Shown: positions 1 through 11,420 of the stretch, piece after piece
Numbering within the stretch: the first letter of the stretch is position 1
Layout: each line of letters begins with the position of its first letter
Source of the DNA: an uncultured Acidobacteriota bacterium
GTDB lineage: Bacteria > Acidobacteriota > Vicinamibacteria > Vicinamibacterales > UBA8438
NCBI GenBank assembly: GCA_913043225.1
Contig: CAJWLU010000004.1
Location: forward strand, 96,001 to 160,000
DNA: 64,000 nucleotides
Direction: 5' to 3'
Notes under the pieces: generated by a model
Told to the model about the DNA's origin: nothing
Databases searched by the model: none
Seen by the model: only the letters and a program-made list of their open reading frames with translations
Made by a program: the position numbers and the translations under genes

Positions 1-70
1 TGCGAGCCCCCATCGCGACGTGACGAGAGTAAAGCGAAGTCTTCCGGAGCGTCGCCGAAGTGTCGTTCAT
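1..70 (-). CDS. gcvT: glycine cleavage system aminomethyltransferase T, 5' end only (runs off window)
   Basis: Manual translation of the minus strand from ATG at 70: MNDTSATLRKTSLYSRHVAMGAR, matching the GcvT N-terminal L(K/R)xTxLYxxHxxxGAR pattern. Not in the ORF track; only 23 aa visible. Confidence 0.75.
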   Translation of the reverse strand, partial: MNDTSATLRKTSLYSRHVAMGAR

Positions 71-322
71 GGACCGGTGGCACCGGCTGCCTCAAGGACA
101 GTCCGAACCGCATACCGCGGTTCAAAAAAAAGATGCGAGATGTGCAGGGGCGGCCGCAGGCCGGAGACCCGAGAACTCAACTGAGGTAAACGTACTATCG
201 GGACCCGGTGACGGTCAAGATTCGGCGCCGGTCAGCCAGAGTCGGACGTGGGCTCCGACGTCCTTCGGCAAGCGTGACAGCGGCAACCGTGATCAGCTGC
301 CTGGTGACCCTGGTTGCCGGGT

Positions 323-853
323 CTACCCTGAGCGGTCTCGCGACCGGCGACGTCGCAGACCTGTGCGCACCAGTCCCACGGCCGCGAAAGGCCCGATTAC
401 CGCAAGCTCGACGGCCACAGCACGCCCGAGCGACGCCCAGCAGCCTACAAGCCAGTATTGCCGGCAGACCGGATGAAATAATTCGACGGACGACATATAG
501 AACGCAGTGTCGATCGGCCACAGCGCCATCAGCCCAAAAGGCGCCACGGTGTCGGTACCGAGCCAATCAAGCACGACGTGTGTCAGGTAGGCGGCGCCGG
601 TGGCCGCCCAGATACGGGGCTGGCGCGGCACGACCAGTACTCCCCCCCCCACGACGAGGAGCACCGCCCCGACCGAATGGGAGGCCTCTCGATGCGCTCC
701 GACAAGAAAGTCGGCGTCTGGCAGCATCCCTAACACCGCCAGTAGCGCCAGCCACCGCACCAGACGGGATCGGTCCCCGTCGGTCTCGGCCGCCCCTCCA
801 ATGAGCGTTCCCGCCGCGATGCCCCCAAGTGCGTGTCCAATCGGTGTCGGCAT
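323..853 (-). CDS. membrane-bound metal-dependent hydrolase (YdjM/DUF457-like)
   Basis: MPTPIGHALGG, LPDADF, HREASHS, THVVLD and G-x-ALWP motifs; hydrophobic segments. Start trimmed to ATG 853. Confidence 0.8.
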   Translation of the reverse strand: MPTPIGHALGGIAAGTLIGGAAETDGDRSRLVRWLALLAVLGMLPDADFLVGAHREASHSVGAVLLVVGGGVLVVPRQPRIWAATGAAYLTHVVLDWLGTDTVAPFGLMALWPIDTAFYMSSVELFHPVCRQYWLVGCWASLGRAVAVELAVIGPFAAVGLVRTGLRRRRSRDRSG

Positions 854-1017
854 GCCTATTAGTTGATTACCATATCGCCTAAGGGACGGGATCATGCGAC
901 TGCCTCTCTTAATCTCGCCTTCGTCGCCGGGCCCCTGCATGAACGGCTGGAGTTGATCGAGCACGACGGCCGGTGGTATCTCTTTACCGTCTGACGATTA
1001 CTGCTCCAGGAGCCCGC

Positions 1018-2055
1018 ATGTTCCAACACCTCCGCCGTCTCACCCACACCCTCACCGTGGCCGCGCTATGTCTTGGCGCCACCTCATACGCTCAGGCCCA
1101 GCCAGGCCTGGAGATCTACTGGGTGGATGTTGAAGGGGGCGCCGCCACGCTCGTGATCACGCCCAGCCGGGAGGTGATCCTAATGGACACCGGCTGGCCC
1201 CGCGACGATGCCCGCGACGCCGAACGGATCCGCAACGCCATGGCGCATGCCGCGGTTGACGAGATCGACTACCTGCTCTTCTCGCACTTTCACACGGATC
1301 ATGTGGGTGGGCTGGGGGCGCTCGACGCCCGGGTGCCAATCCGGACGATCATTGATCACGGCGACAGCGTGGAGCGTGACACCGAGCGCGGCCGTCCGCT
1401 CTGGGAGGAGTATCTTCGTCTGGCCGGCGACCGGCGGCGCTCCATCGTGCCCGGAGACAAGCTTCCCTTCAGTGGCCTCGAGTTCACGTTCGTCGGCGCC
1501 CACAGGGAGTTGATCGACTCGCCGGAGCGACGCCTACCGAACCCGCGTTGCGCCGGCATCTCTTCTCCTGAGCCGGATCTGGGGGAGAACGGACACAGTC
1601 TCGGCTACATGATCTCCCTAGGAGCGTTCCAGTTCCTGAATCTAGGCGACATGACCCCAGATCGGGAGCACGCCCTCGCTTGTCCAGAAAACCGGCTCGG
1701 GGTCGTCGACCTGTGGCAGGTAGCCCACCATGGTGGTTACGGAGCGATCCGACCCGAGCTCGCCGGCGCGCTCGAACCGACCGTTGCGGTCGTGAACAAC
1801 GGTCCTCGGAAGGGCGGCACACCCGATTCGCTGGCGGTCATCCAGCAGACCGCCGAGGTCGGCGATGTGTGGCAGTCACACCGCGCCATGATGGACGACG
1901 CCGCCCACAACACGGACGAACCACTGACGGCCAACCTAACCGAAGATGCGGAGTGCCGCGGACACTGGCTCAAGGCCACCGTGGCGCCTGATGGTCGCAG
2001 CTGGACGATGACCAACGGCCGTACCGGCTACAGCCGCAATTACCTTTCGAAGTAG
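1018..2055 (+). CDS. secreted MBL-fold metallo-hydrolase (ComEC/Rec2 C-terminal-like)
   Basis: Signal peptide, DVEGGAA, DTG, SHFHTDHVGG (HxHxDH), GD, HHG motifs; AGGAG SD before ATG 1018. Confidence 0.85.
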   Translation: MFQHLRRLTHTLTVAALCLGATSYAQAQPGLEIYWVDVEGGAATLVITPSREVILMDTGWPRDDARDAERIRNAMAHAAVDEIDYLLFSHFHTDHVGGLGALDARVPIRTIIDHGDSVERDTERGRPLWEEYLRLAGDRRRSIVPGDKLPFSGLEFTFVGAHRELIDSPERRLPNPRCAGISSPEPDLGENGHSLGYMISLGAFQFLNLGDMTPDREHALACPENRLGVVDLWQVAHHGGYGAIRPELAGALEPTVAVVNNGPRKGGTPDSLAVIQQTAEVGDVWQSHRAMMDDAAHNTDEPLTANLTEDAECRGHWLKATVAPDGRSWTMTNGRTGYSRNYLSK

Positions 2056-2138
2056 CTCCAGCGTGCAGAGGGGGAGCAATCAGCGCGACACCGTGCCTGT
2101 CGGGTGCGCGTGGTGTTCGAGCGAAGCCCATGGACGCA

Positions 2139-2450
2139 TTAGTCGAGCTCGATCTCGATCGCGCCGGCCACCACCCTAAGCGGATGCGCACGGAGCCTCC
2201 CTCCTGCGGGTGGGGTAACGGGCGCACCGTCAGCCACCCGGAACTGGGCACCGTGCCAGAGACAGGTCACGAGACCGTCCTCACAGGCCCCCTCCGTCAG
2301 CGGTCCCCCGTTATGCGTGCAGTAGTCGTCGTAAGCCCGATAGATCCCGCCGTCATTAAATAGGGCAATCTTCCGGTCCTGCAGCCGCACACAGCGGGCC
2401 TTGCCCGGCGCCACGCCTCCCTCACTGCCTACACCGACCCATCGGCCCAT
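2139..2450 (-). CDS. Rieske (2Fe-2S) ferredoxin
   Basis: CTH...CLWH Rieske ligands, about 100 aa; GGAG upstream of ATG 2450. Confidence 0.85.
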   Translation of the reverse strand: MGRWVGVGSEGGVAPGKARCVRLQDRKIALFNDGGIYRAYDDYCTHNGGPLTEGACEDGLVTCLWHGAQFRVADGAPVTPPAGGRLRAHPLRVVAGAIEIELD

Positions 2451-2840
2451 CCGCGTCTCCATCCGCCGTCTGGCGATTACGCTCCCGGCTCAGACCGGCG
2501 TGATTGTCCCCGGTCTTTGTCATCCTTCAGTTCAGTCCACCACCAACCCTCATGCGCCCATTCTCCCCCGCAACGACGCACCGCGCCACCACCCCAGCTA
2601 CCGGCCGGACGGCGGTCAGTCCAGTGCGCTACAATGTCGCCGCTGTCACCCGACCACCGCCAGCTGGTGAGCGTCTTACCCAGCACGCGTAGCCGTCAGG
2701 GCTCCTGAAAGCTTGTGACTCAGGCCCACGGCATGCGGGCGAGGTTTTATGTCGCCAGGCTGGTCAAGGCGCTCGCGCTGGTCGACGACGAAGCTGCCGC
2801 GGTGGCAAGCTTCTGAGCCGCGTCCAAGGAGGAAGCCTAG

Positions 2841-4604
2841 ATGCTCTCGATCCTGTCGCTATTGCCCATCCTGACCGTCGCGGTGTTTCTGGTCCTGTTG
2901 CGATGGCCGGCTAGCCGGGCCATGCCACTGACCTACGCCGTGGCCGCCGTGCTGGCGCTATTCGTCTGGCAGGTTCCGGGACTCCAGGTCGTCGGCGCCA
3001 CCATCAACGGCGTCGTAATCGCACTCACGTTGCTCTACATCATCTTCGGCGCCATCCTGCTGCTGAACACGCTCCAGCAGAGCGGCGCGATCTCCGCCAT
3101 CCGTCAGGGATTCACCGATATAAGCAGCGACCGGCGGGTCCAGGTCATCATCATCGCCTGGCTCTTCGGCTCGTTCATCGAGGGCTCGGCGGGCTTCGGC
3201 ACTCCTGCAGCGGTAGCCGTTCCCCTGCTGGTCGGCCTAGGCTTTCCGGGCATGGCCGCCGTCATGTCCGGCATGATCATCCAGAGCACGCCGGTCAGCT
3301 TCGGCGCACTTGGCACCCCTATTCTCGTCGGGGTGAACACGGGGCTCTCCGCCGATCCGGTAATCGCCGAATACGCCGCCACCTTGGGTTACGCTCAGTG
3401 GGAAGAGTTCCTCGGTTTCGTGGCGCTACGCGTAGCCATTCTCCACGCTATCGCCGGCACCCTCATCCCTCTGATCCTCGTTTCGTTCCTGACCAGGTTC
3501 TTCGGGAAGGAGCGGTCGTTCGCCCAAGGCTTGCGCGTATGGCCGTTCGCGCTGTTCTCCGCCTTCGCCATGACCGTGCCGTACGTGCTCGCGGCCCGGT
3601 TTCTCGGTCCAGAGTTCCCTGCCCTTATCGGCAGCCTGACCGGCCTGGTCATTGTCGTCTCGGCTGCCAGGGCCGGCTTCCTAGTGCCCAAGCAGGAGGA
3701 CCAGTGGGACTTTGAAGACAAGAGCCATTGGCCGGCAGAGTGGACCGGCTCAGCCGACTTCAAGGACGACGACACCGGGCCGCGCATGAACCTCGTAAAG
3801 GCGTGGATGCCCTACGTGGTCGTGGCGCTCCTGCTTCTCACCTCGCGCGCCGTACCATTCTTCCGGACCTTGCTCCAGTCGGTCACGCTCACCTGGGACG
3901 GTATCCTGGGAAGCACCATCAACATGGGCGCCGTGCAGCCGTTTTATCTGCCCGGCACCTTGTTCATCGTGGCGTCGCTCATCACCGTGGCCATGCACGG
4001 CCTGTCCATACCAGCCTACGCGAAAGCGTGGTCGACTTCCCTCAAAGTCTCAGCGGCAGCCTCGGTAGCCCTGATCTTCACCGTTCCGATGGTGCAGGTC
4101 TTCCTCAACACCGGCGGCGGTGCGGCCGGCTACGACCAGATGCCAATCGTGCTCGCCGACGGGGTGGCCTCACTGGCCGGCGGCGCCTGGCCGATCTTCG
4201 CGCCCTTCATCGGCGGCATCGGCGCCGCCGTCGCTGGGAGCAACACCGTCAGCAACATGATGTTCTCGCTCTTCCAGTTTGGGATGGGCGAACGGATCCT
4301 GGCCGACCCGGTCTGGATCGTGGCGCTGCAGGCGGTCGGTGGCGCCGCCGGCAACATGATCTGTGTCCACAACGTCGTGGCGGCCTCGGCCGTCGTCGGC
4401 CTACTCGGCAAGGAAGGCTCGATCATCCGGATGACCCTGCTGCCGTTCACCTACTACGCACTCTTGCCAGGCGCCGTGGGTTACCTGATCGTGTCCTACT
4501 CCAGTTCCGGCCTCTTGAACGTGGGAACGTTGCTCGTGGCCTTGATCGCGGCGGCCGCGGCCTATTTCATCATCAAGTACGGCCGAGCCTCAGCCACCGC
4601 CTAG
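2841..4604 (+). CDS. lctP: L-lactate/glycolate permease (LctP family)
   Basis: Polytopic membrane protein with [28 protein letters not shown] and GGAAGNMI motifs; AGGAGG SD. Confidence 0.9.
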   Translation: MLSILSLLPILTVAVFLVLLRWPASRAMPLTYAVAAVLALFVWQVPGLQVVGATINGVVIALTLLYIIFGAILLLNTLQQSGAISAIRQGFTDISSDRRVQVIIIAWLFGSFIEGSAGFGTPAAVAVPLLVGLGFPGMAAVMSGMIIQSTPVSFGALGTPILVGVNTGLSADPVIAEYAATLGYAQWEEFLGFVALRVAILHAIAGTLIPLILVSFLTRFFGKERSFAQGLRVWPFALFSAFAMTVPYVLAARFLGPEFPALIGSLTGLVIVVSAARAGFLVPKQEDQWDFEDKSHWPAEWTGSADFKDDDTGPRMNLVKAWMPYVVVALLLLTSRAVPFFRTLLQSVTLTWDGILGSTINMGAVQPFYLPGTLFIVASLITVAMHGLSIPAYAKAWSTSLKVSAAASVALIFTVPMVQVFLNTGGGAAGYDQMPIVLADGVASLAGGAWPIFAPFIGGIGAAVAGSNTVSNMMFSLFQFGMGERILADPVWIVALQAVGGAAGNMICVHNVVAASAVVGLLGKEGSIIRMTLLPFTYYALLPGAVGYLIVSYSSSGLLNVGTLLVALIAAAAAYFIIKYGRASATA

Positions 4605-4609
4605 GCGCC

Positions 4610-4999
4610 ATGAAGCTCTTCACCCTTGGCGCCCTCGACAACGAGGCGTCCGACCCCGACACGTTCGTCGGGTCGGCGCGCCTGACCAGGATGAACGGCG
4701 TGACCTCCAGCCCGCCGACCAACGTCTATCGTGTTGCGTTCGAGGCCAGCGCGCGCACCAACTGGCATACCCACTCCGGCTACCAGCTGCTACAGGTGAT
4801 CGAGGGCGTCTGTCGCTTCCAGAAGGCAGGCGAGTCGGTTCGCGAGGCGGCGGCCGGCGACCTGGTCTCCATCGCCCCTGAAGAGCGACACTGGCACGGC
4901 GCCTCGCCGGACGGACCGATGACCCACATCGCTATCAATCTCGACGCCACGACAAATTGGTTCGGCCCTGTCTCCGACGACGACTACGCCGGCGGGTAG
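4610..4999 (+). CDS. cupin domain protein
   Basis: 3' part of ORF 3728..4999 from ATG 4610: ARTNWHTH..Q...G...GD.V.I.P...HWHGA...MTHIAI cupin motifs. Confidence 0.85.
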   Translation: MKLFTLGALDNEASDPDTFVGSARLTRMNGVTSSPPTNVYRVAFEASARTNWHTHSGYQLLQVIEGVCRFQKAGESVREAAAGDLVSIAPEERHWHGASPDGPMTHIAINLDATTNWFGPVSDDDYAGG

Positions 5000-5008
5000 A
5001 CCACGGTC

Positions 5009-5779
5009 ATGCCCCGGGTCGTGGTCACAACCACGGATGGTCCCTCCACGGAATTGGAGGACCGCGCGCGGAACCTAGCCGCGCGCCTGCATCAACGGTA
5101 TGTCTCACGAGAGCGCTTAACACTGCGCGTCCTGCTCGACCGGGCAGACGCCGCCGCCGTGCTGGTCCTCGGCGAAGAGTCGCTTCGCTACGGCATTCAG
5201 GGACACGCCTACGGCTTCCACCCGAACATGGCCAGGCACCGCGTCGCCACGCTGATAGCGGGACGCGCTGATCGATTGACTGACGTTGCCGCCCTGGCGT
5301 CAGGAGACCGATTTCTCGATTGCACCTGTGGACTCGGCGCGGACGCCATCGTAGCGGCGCACGTGGTTGGTACGACTGGCGCGGTAGACGCGCTCGAGGC
5401 CTCTCCCGTGCTGGCGGAGCTCGTCGCACACGGGCTGCGCCGATACCAACACCGCGATTCAGACCTCGTAGGGGCGATGCGTCGCGTGAGAGTGCGGGCC
5501 ACCAACTACCGCAATCTGTTACCGACCCTTGACGACAAAAGCTGGGACGTCGTATATCTCGACCCGATGTTCGAGACCCCTATCCTCGCCACCCACGGCC
5601 TCGACCTTGTGCGGCGCCTCGCCGTCCCCGATCGTCCCACTCGAGCAGACATCGCCCAAGCACGCCGGGTCGCCCGACGGACCGTTGTCGTAAAGGATCG
5701 AGCGCCCGGAGCCCTGCTCCGCGCGCTGGGCGTCCCCGTCGTCTCGAAGAGCCGCCGGATCTGGTACGGAAGACTTTGA
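5009..5779 (+). CDS. class I SAM-dependent methyltransferase (RsmJ-like)
   Basis: FHPNMA, LDCTCGLGADA (motif I) and DVVYLDPMF motifs. Confidence 0.75.
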   Translation: MPRVVVTTTDGPSTELEDRARNLAARLHQRYVSRERLTLRVLLDRADAAAVLVLGEESLRYGIQGHAYGFHPNMARHRVATLIAGRADRLTDVAALASGDRFLDCTCGLGADAIVAAHVVGTTGAVDALEASPVLAELVAHGLRRYQHRDSDLVGAMRRVRVRATNYRNLLPTLDDKSWDVVYLDPMFETPILATHGLDLVRRLAVPDRPTRADIAQARRVARRTVVVKDRAPGALLRALGVPVVSKSRRIWYGRL

Positions 5780-5792
5780 ACCCGGACGCTGG

Positions 5793-7631
5793 CTAGTTAG
5801 ATCGGATTGGAGTGGTGGCTGGCCAGCCGCACGACCGTTCGGCGTTCTGCCCATCCAGCCACCGCTTGAGTGGAGCAAAGTAGTCGAGCATCGCCGTCGC
5901 GTCCATTTCTCGACGTCCGGTGACCTGCTCCAGAGCGTCGGGCCACGGCTCACTGGCCCCGAGTTCCAGCATCCGCCGTAGGCGCAACCCCGCCTCGCCG
6001 CTTCCATAGATGGAACAGCGATGCAGTGGGCCCTCAAAACTCTCGGCGTCGCAGAGCGCACGGTGGAACTGAAACTGGAGGATGTGGGCGAGGAAGTAGC
6101 GTGTATACGACGTGTTGGCCGGAATGTGATACTTCGCGCCCGGGTCAAAGTCGGCTTCGCTGCGCCGTACCGGCGGCCGAATGCCCTGGTACCGTGTACG
6201 AAGATCCCACCACCCCTGGTTGTAAGCCTCCGGTTCAATCTCTCCCGAGAACACCTTCCATCGCCACTGATCCACCATTAGACCGAACGGCAGGAAGGCC
6301 ACCTTGTCGAGCGCCAGGCGCATCAACAAGCCAAGGTCGTTGTCAGACGGCGGCACCCAGCTGAGCAGCCCGACCTCCGAAAGATACTCGGGCGTGATCG
6401 ACAGTGCGATCGTGTCACCAATCCCTTCATGGAAGCCGTCGTTCGCGCCGGTTCGAAAGAGTGGAGACTGCTCCTGATATGCTCGCTGGTAGTAGTTGTG
6501 GCCCAGCTCGTGGTGGATCGTAACGAAGTCTTCATCGTTGATGCCGATGCACATCTTGATCCGAATATCCGACTCATAGTCCAGATCCCATGCGCTTGCG
6601 TGGCAGACCACGTCTCGGTCCTGCGGCTGGACGAACTGCGATCGCTGCCAGAAGGTCTCGGGTAGCGGATCGAAGCCGAGCGAACTAAAGAACCGCTCAC
6701 CATAGCGCACCATCTCGAGCTCATCGACGCGATTCGACTCAAGCAGCGCCGTCAGGTCATAGCCGGGATCGGCGTTCGGAGGAGCCACCAGGTCATAGAT
6801 GTTCGACCAGGTCTGACTCCACATGTTCCCCAGCAGATGCGCAGGAATCGGTTCGTCCTCGGGCACGACGGCCGAACCATACTCCGCCGCCAGACCGGCG
6901 CGGACGTGGCAGTGCAGCGCCTCGTAGAGCGGGCGTACCTGTCCCCAGAGGCGCTCTAGGTCTGCGGTGAATGCGTCGGGTGACATGTCATACCCGGCCC
7001 GCCACATCTCCCCGAGGTCGACGAAGCCAAGCTCCTTGGCACCTGCGTTCGCCAGTTCCACGAAGCGCACGTACGAGCTCCGCATCGGCGGAGCTACCTG
7101 GCGCCACCCCAGCCACAAATCGAGCAACTCGTCAGTATCCCGGCTCTCGGCCAGGCGCCGCTCCATCTCCGGCAGAGACAGGCACCTGTCGTCACCCCCG
7201 GGGCAGTAGACGCCGCGGCCATACGTGCTCTCCATGCCAGTCGTGATCTGGGAGAGCTCAGCCTGCAATGCCGAATCGGACGGCGCGGCCACTCCCATCG
7301 ACGTCTTTAGGAGCAGCAGCTTGCGCCGAAGCTCCTGTGGCAGGTCGACCTGGTCAAACTGAGCAGCCTCGGAGGCTAGTCGCATCGTGGCCCCAATGAC
7401 CGCGGTCTGCGCGTCAGCCGCCATTCGCGTGGTTTCTTCGGTGATGTAGGTGCTCTGCACCCAAGCGGCACGTCCCGCGTCTATCCAGAGCGACAGCAGC
7501 TCCTGTTCAGCGTCGGCCAGGAACAGCTCCGCGTCGTCGGCGGTCGGACCAGCCTCGCTACAGCCAATCCAGAACAACACCGCGGTCAATAGCATCGCCA
7601 GTCGCCATTGCACCCTGGTCGCAGATTGCAT
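5793..7631 (-). CDS. peptidyl-dipeptidase A (M2, ACE-like metallopeptidase), probable lipoprotein
   Basis: PAHLLGNMWSQ, CHASAWD, HHELGH zinc motif, FHEGIGD, DPGAKYHIP; lipobox-like WIGC. Confidence 0.92.
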   Translation of the reverse strand: MQSATRVQWRLAMLLTAVLFWIGCSEAGPTADDAELFLADAEQELLSLWIDAGRAAWVQSTYITEETTRMAADAQTAVIGATMRLASEAAQFDQVDLPQELRRKLLLLKTSMGVAAPSDSALQAELSQITTGMESTYGRGVYCPGGDDRCLSLPEMERRLAESRDTDELLDLWLGWRQVAPPMRSSYVRFVELANAGAKELGFVDLGEMWRAGYDMSPDAFTADLERLWGQVRPLYEALHCHVRAGLAAEYGSAVVPEDEPIPAHLLGNMWSQTWSNIYDLVAPPNADPGYDLTALLESNRVDELEMVRYGERFFSSLGFDPLPETFWQRSQFVQPQDRDVVCHASAWDLDYESDIRIKMCIGINDEDFVTIHHELGHNYYQRAYQEQSPLFRTGANDGFHEGIGDTIALSITPEYLSEVGLLSWVPPSDNDLGLLMRLALDKVAFLPFGLMVDQWRWKVFSGEIEPEAYNQGWWDLRTRYQGIRPPVRRSEADFDPGAKYHIPANTSYTRYFLAHILQFQFHRALCDAESFEGPLHRCSIYGSGEAGLRLRRMLELGASEPWPDALEQVTGRREMDATAMLDYFAPLKRWLDGQNAERSCGWPATTPIRSN

Positions 7632-7704
7632 CGGTTCTCCTCAGAGACGAAACGGATCATCTCCTAACGCGCAACGCCGGAGCGAGACCAACCAGGAGAG
7701 ACGG

Positions 7705-9171
<1,467 letters not shown>

Positions 9172-9228
9172 TCATCGAAGGGTCCTGAAAGTCAAGCACG
9201 AAATACGCGCGCACCTCCGAAACGAGGT

Positions 9229-9258
9229 TTGACAATCGGCTCACGCATTCTTTAAGTT
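9229..9258 (+). promoter_or_regulatory. sigma70-type promoter for the ATPase gene
   Basis: TTGACA-18 nt-TAAGTT. Confidence 0.55.
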
Positions 9259-9324
9259 CTATCCTTCCAAGTCGTCATCCACTATCTCAAACGACCGCGC
9301 AAACGGTCGCGTCGAAGAAAACGA

Positions 9325-10470
9325 GTGCTGGCTGAACGCCCCGCGATCGAACGGAGAATCATCACCGCGCTGGACGCGTCCCCCGCCCGGGTCCCGGTGC
9401 TCGTCGGGGGCTGCGGCAGCGGCCGGACCACTCTGCTGCAACGGCTCCAGCAGCACCTCGGGACCTCCGCGGAGTATCTCGACGTAGAGCGGGTGGCGAC
9501 AACTCCGGAAGGTTTCCTTTCATCCATCACGGCGGCCACCCACAGCGACACGCCAAGCAAGCTCCAGCCCGAGGAGGGACAACGTTCCGCCCGCATCGCC
9601 TTCGACCGCGTGTGTCGGTTCCTGCAAGAGGCCCGAACTCCAACTGGGGAAGGTGTCACCTTTCTGCTTGACGAAGCCTTGGAGGTGCGCACGTTCGAGA
9701 GCTTTCCTGGCCTTCGGGGAGCATTGCGCGAACTCTGGGCGACGCTCTGCACCGGCCCCAACCGTTTCGTCCTGACAACCCGTTTCGTGACCAGGACACA
9801 CCGGCTCTTCCGAGACGCTCCCGAGCAATTCGAGTTCATTCACATTCCGCCGCTCACTCCGGCCGAGGTCTCGACGGCGCTCCTTCCTCTCGAACTCGGT
9901 GAAAGCGCAGACGAGCGACTCGAATTAAGCCGCATCCTTCACGCGCTCACCGACGGCCGACCGCTGTACCTCCAACTCCTTGCCGCCGCTACCAAGGCGA
10001 TGGGCTCTGGTGACCCCGTTAGCGCGCTGGCTTCACAGCTAGCACCGGGAACGCCGCTGTCGATGGCCTGTCGCTTCTCTTACGAGCTGCGTCTGCATCG
10101 AGCCCGCGGCTATGGGGCACTCAAGGCGATCCTGCAGGTACTCTCGCACCAGGAGCCGCTCACGCTGACCGAGATCGCGCAACGGCTGGGCCGAACCCCG
10201 GGATCGACCAAGGACTATCTCTCGTGGCTCGAGGATGTCGACCTGCTTCAGGTGCAACAGAAGCGCTACAGCTTCTCGGATCCACTGTTGCGGCTCTGGG
10301 TCCGACTGCACGGCCTGGCGCACCCGCCCCGCGACGAGGACCTCGCACGTGAGGCGCAAGAGTATGCCGTGGCGCGGTTCCCGTACATGGAGCCAGCCCT
10401 GCTCGCGGAGCCGAGCGTGGCAACCCCTCCGGCGCAGGAGCGATCCTGGGGCATGATCGAGATCGACTAG
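9325..10470 (+). CDS. P-loop ATPase (archaeal-ATPase/COG1672-like) with C-terminal winged helix-turn-helix
   Basis: Walker A-like GGCGSGRT, Walker B FLLDE, wHTH LTLTEIAQRLGRTPGSTKDYLSWL...YSFSDPLLRLW. Confidence 0.75.
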   Translation: MLAERPAIERRIITALDASPARVPVLVGGCGSGRTTLLQRLQQHLGTSAEYLDVERVATTPEGFLSSITAATHSDTPSKLQPEEGQRSARIAFDRVCRFLQEARTPTGEGVTFLLDEALEVRTFESFPGLRGALRELWATLCTGPNRFVLTTRFVTRTHRLFRDAPEQFEFIHIPPLTPAEVSTALLPLELGESADERLELSRILHALTDGRPLYLQLLAAATKAMGSGDPVSALASQLAPGTPLSMACRFSYELRLHRARGYGALKAILQVLSHQEPLTLTEIAQRLGRTPGSTKDYLSWLEDVDLLQVQQKRYSFSDPLLRLWVRLHGLAHPPRDEDLAREAQEYAVARFPYMEPALLAEPSVATPPAQERSWGMIEID

Positions 10471-11420
10471 CCCTCGTTCGCGGAAAAGTATTCCAACGCC
10501 TGCTGCGCCGCCTGCTGTTCCGACTCCTTCTTGCTCCGGCCATCCCCCTTGCCGAGCTTCCGCTCTCCCGCGACCACCTCGGACGTGAACACTCTTCGGT
10601 GCGGAGGACCCGCCTCTCCGACCAGCCGATAGCGGGGCAAGCCGAGTTCGCGCGCTTGCATCGATTCCTGTAGCGCCGACTTGTAATCGGTCTGCAGCCC
10701 CGCGGCTAATTCGCCTTGCCGCACGGCGTCTAGCGACTCTCGGAACCAGCGCTCGATGAACTGGTCCGCCGCCTTGATGCCACCATCTAGATAGACCGCG
10801 GCCACCACCGCCTCGAAGGTGTCGGCGATTAGGGAACGCTTCCGACGTCCGCCGGTTTTCTCCTCCCCGCGCCCCAGCAGCAGATGCTCGCCCAGGCCGA
10901 CCTGTTCACCGATACGGGCCAACGCCGTGGTAGATACCAGCATTGCCTTCGCCTTGGACTTCTGGCCTTCGTTCCATTCCGGACATTCTCTGAAAAGGCG
11001 ATCCGCAATGATGAGCCCCAGCACGGCATCCCCCAGAAACTCCAGCGACTCGTTGTCCCGCACCCCTCCGCTCGCGTCTTCGTGCGCCCGGGAACGATGG
11101 GTCAGTGCGTGCTCTAGCAGCCCCGGATCCGAGAAGCGGTAGGCGATGGCACCCTCCACCGAGCGAAACTCGTCACGGATACTGGTGAGTTCCAGCGAGA
11201 CCTCGGGCCGAAATTCCTCGATGAGCTCGCGAGCGCGATCGGCCTCCTCTGAGCGAACGGCCAGGCTCGCCCCGCTCAGGCCACCAAGCGGGAAAATCGT
11301 CTGGGGCGCATCGATCGACGTAATCGCCTCGATCCCGCGAGTCCGCAGCAAGCCCCGAACAACATCTGCCTCAATCGCCGACTGGGTCTGGAACACGACC
11401 ACAATCTTGGACGTGGTCAC
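10467..11420 (-). CDS. rnc: ribonuclease III with N-terminal DUF2007-like domain
   Basis: ALTHRS, NESLEFLGDAVL, ADTFEA, C-terminal dsRBD (DYKSALQE...GRSKKESEQ); about 85 extra N-terminal aa; GTG start overlaps the upstream TGA. Confidence 0.93.
   Translation of the reverse strand: MTTSKIVVVFQTQSAIEADVVRGLLRTRGIEAITSIDAPQTIFPLGGLSGASLAVRSEEADRARELIEEFRPEVSLELTSIRDEFRSVEGAIAYRFSDPGLLEHALTHRSRAHEDASGGVRDNESLEFLGDAVLGLIIADRLFRECPEWNEGQKSKAKAMLVSTTALARIGEQVGLGEHLLLGRGEEKTGGRRKRSLIADTFEAVVAAVYLDGGIKAADQFIERWFRESLDAVRQGELAAGLQTDYKSALQESMQARELGLPRYRLVGEAGPPHRRVFTSEVVAGERKLGKGDGRSKKESEQQAAQQALEYFSANEG

Noticed and set aside
2477..2686. Trp-rich 69-aa ORF as a leader peptide or RiPP precursor
   Set aside because: No SD, no attenuator, no modifying enzymes nearby; Trp codons follow from a TGG-rich stretch.
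3728..4609. 423-aa ORF 3728..4999 as a single gene
   Set aside because: The 5' 294 codons overlap lctP out of frame and are Arg-rich shadow sequence; only the cupin from ATG 4610 is credible.
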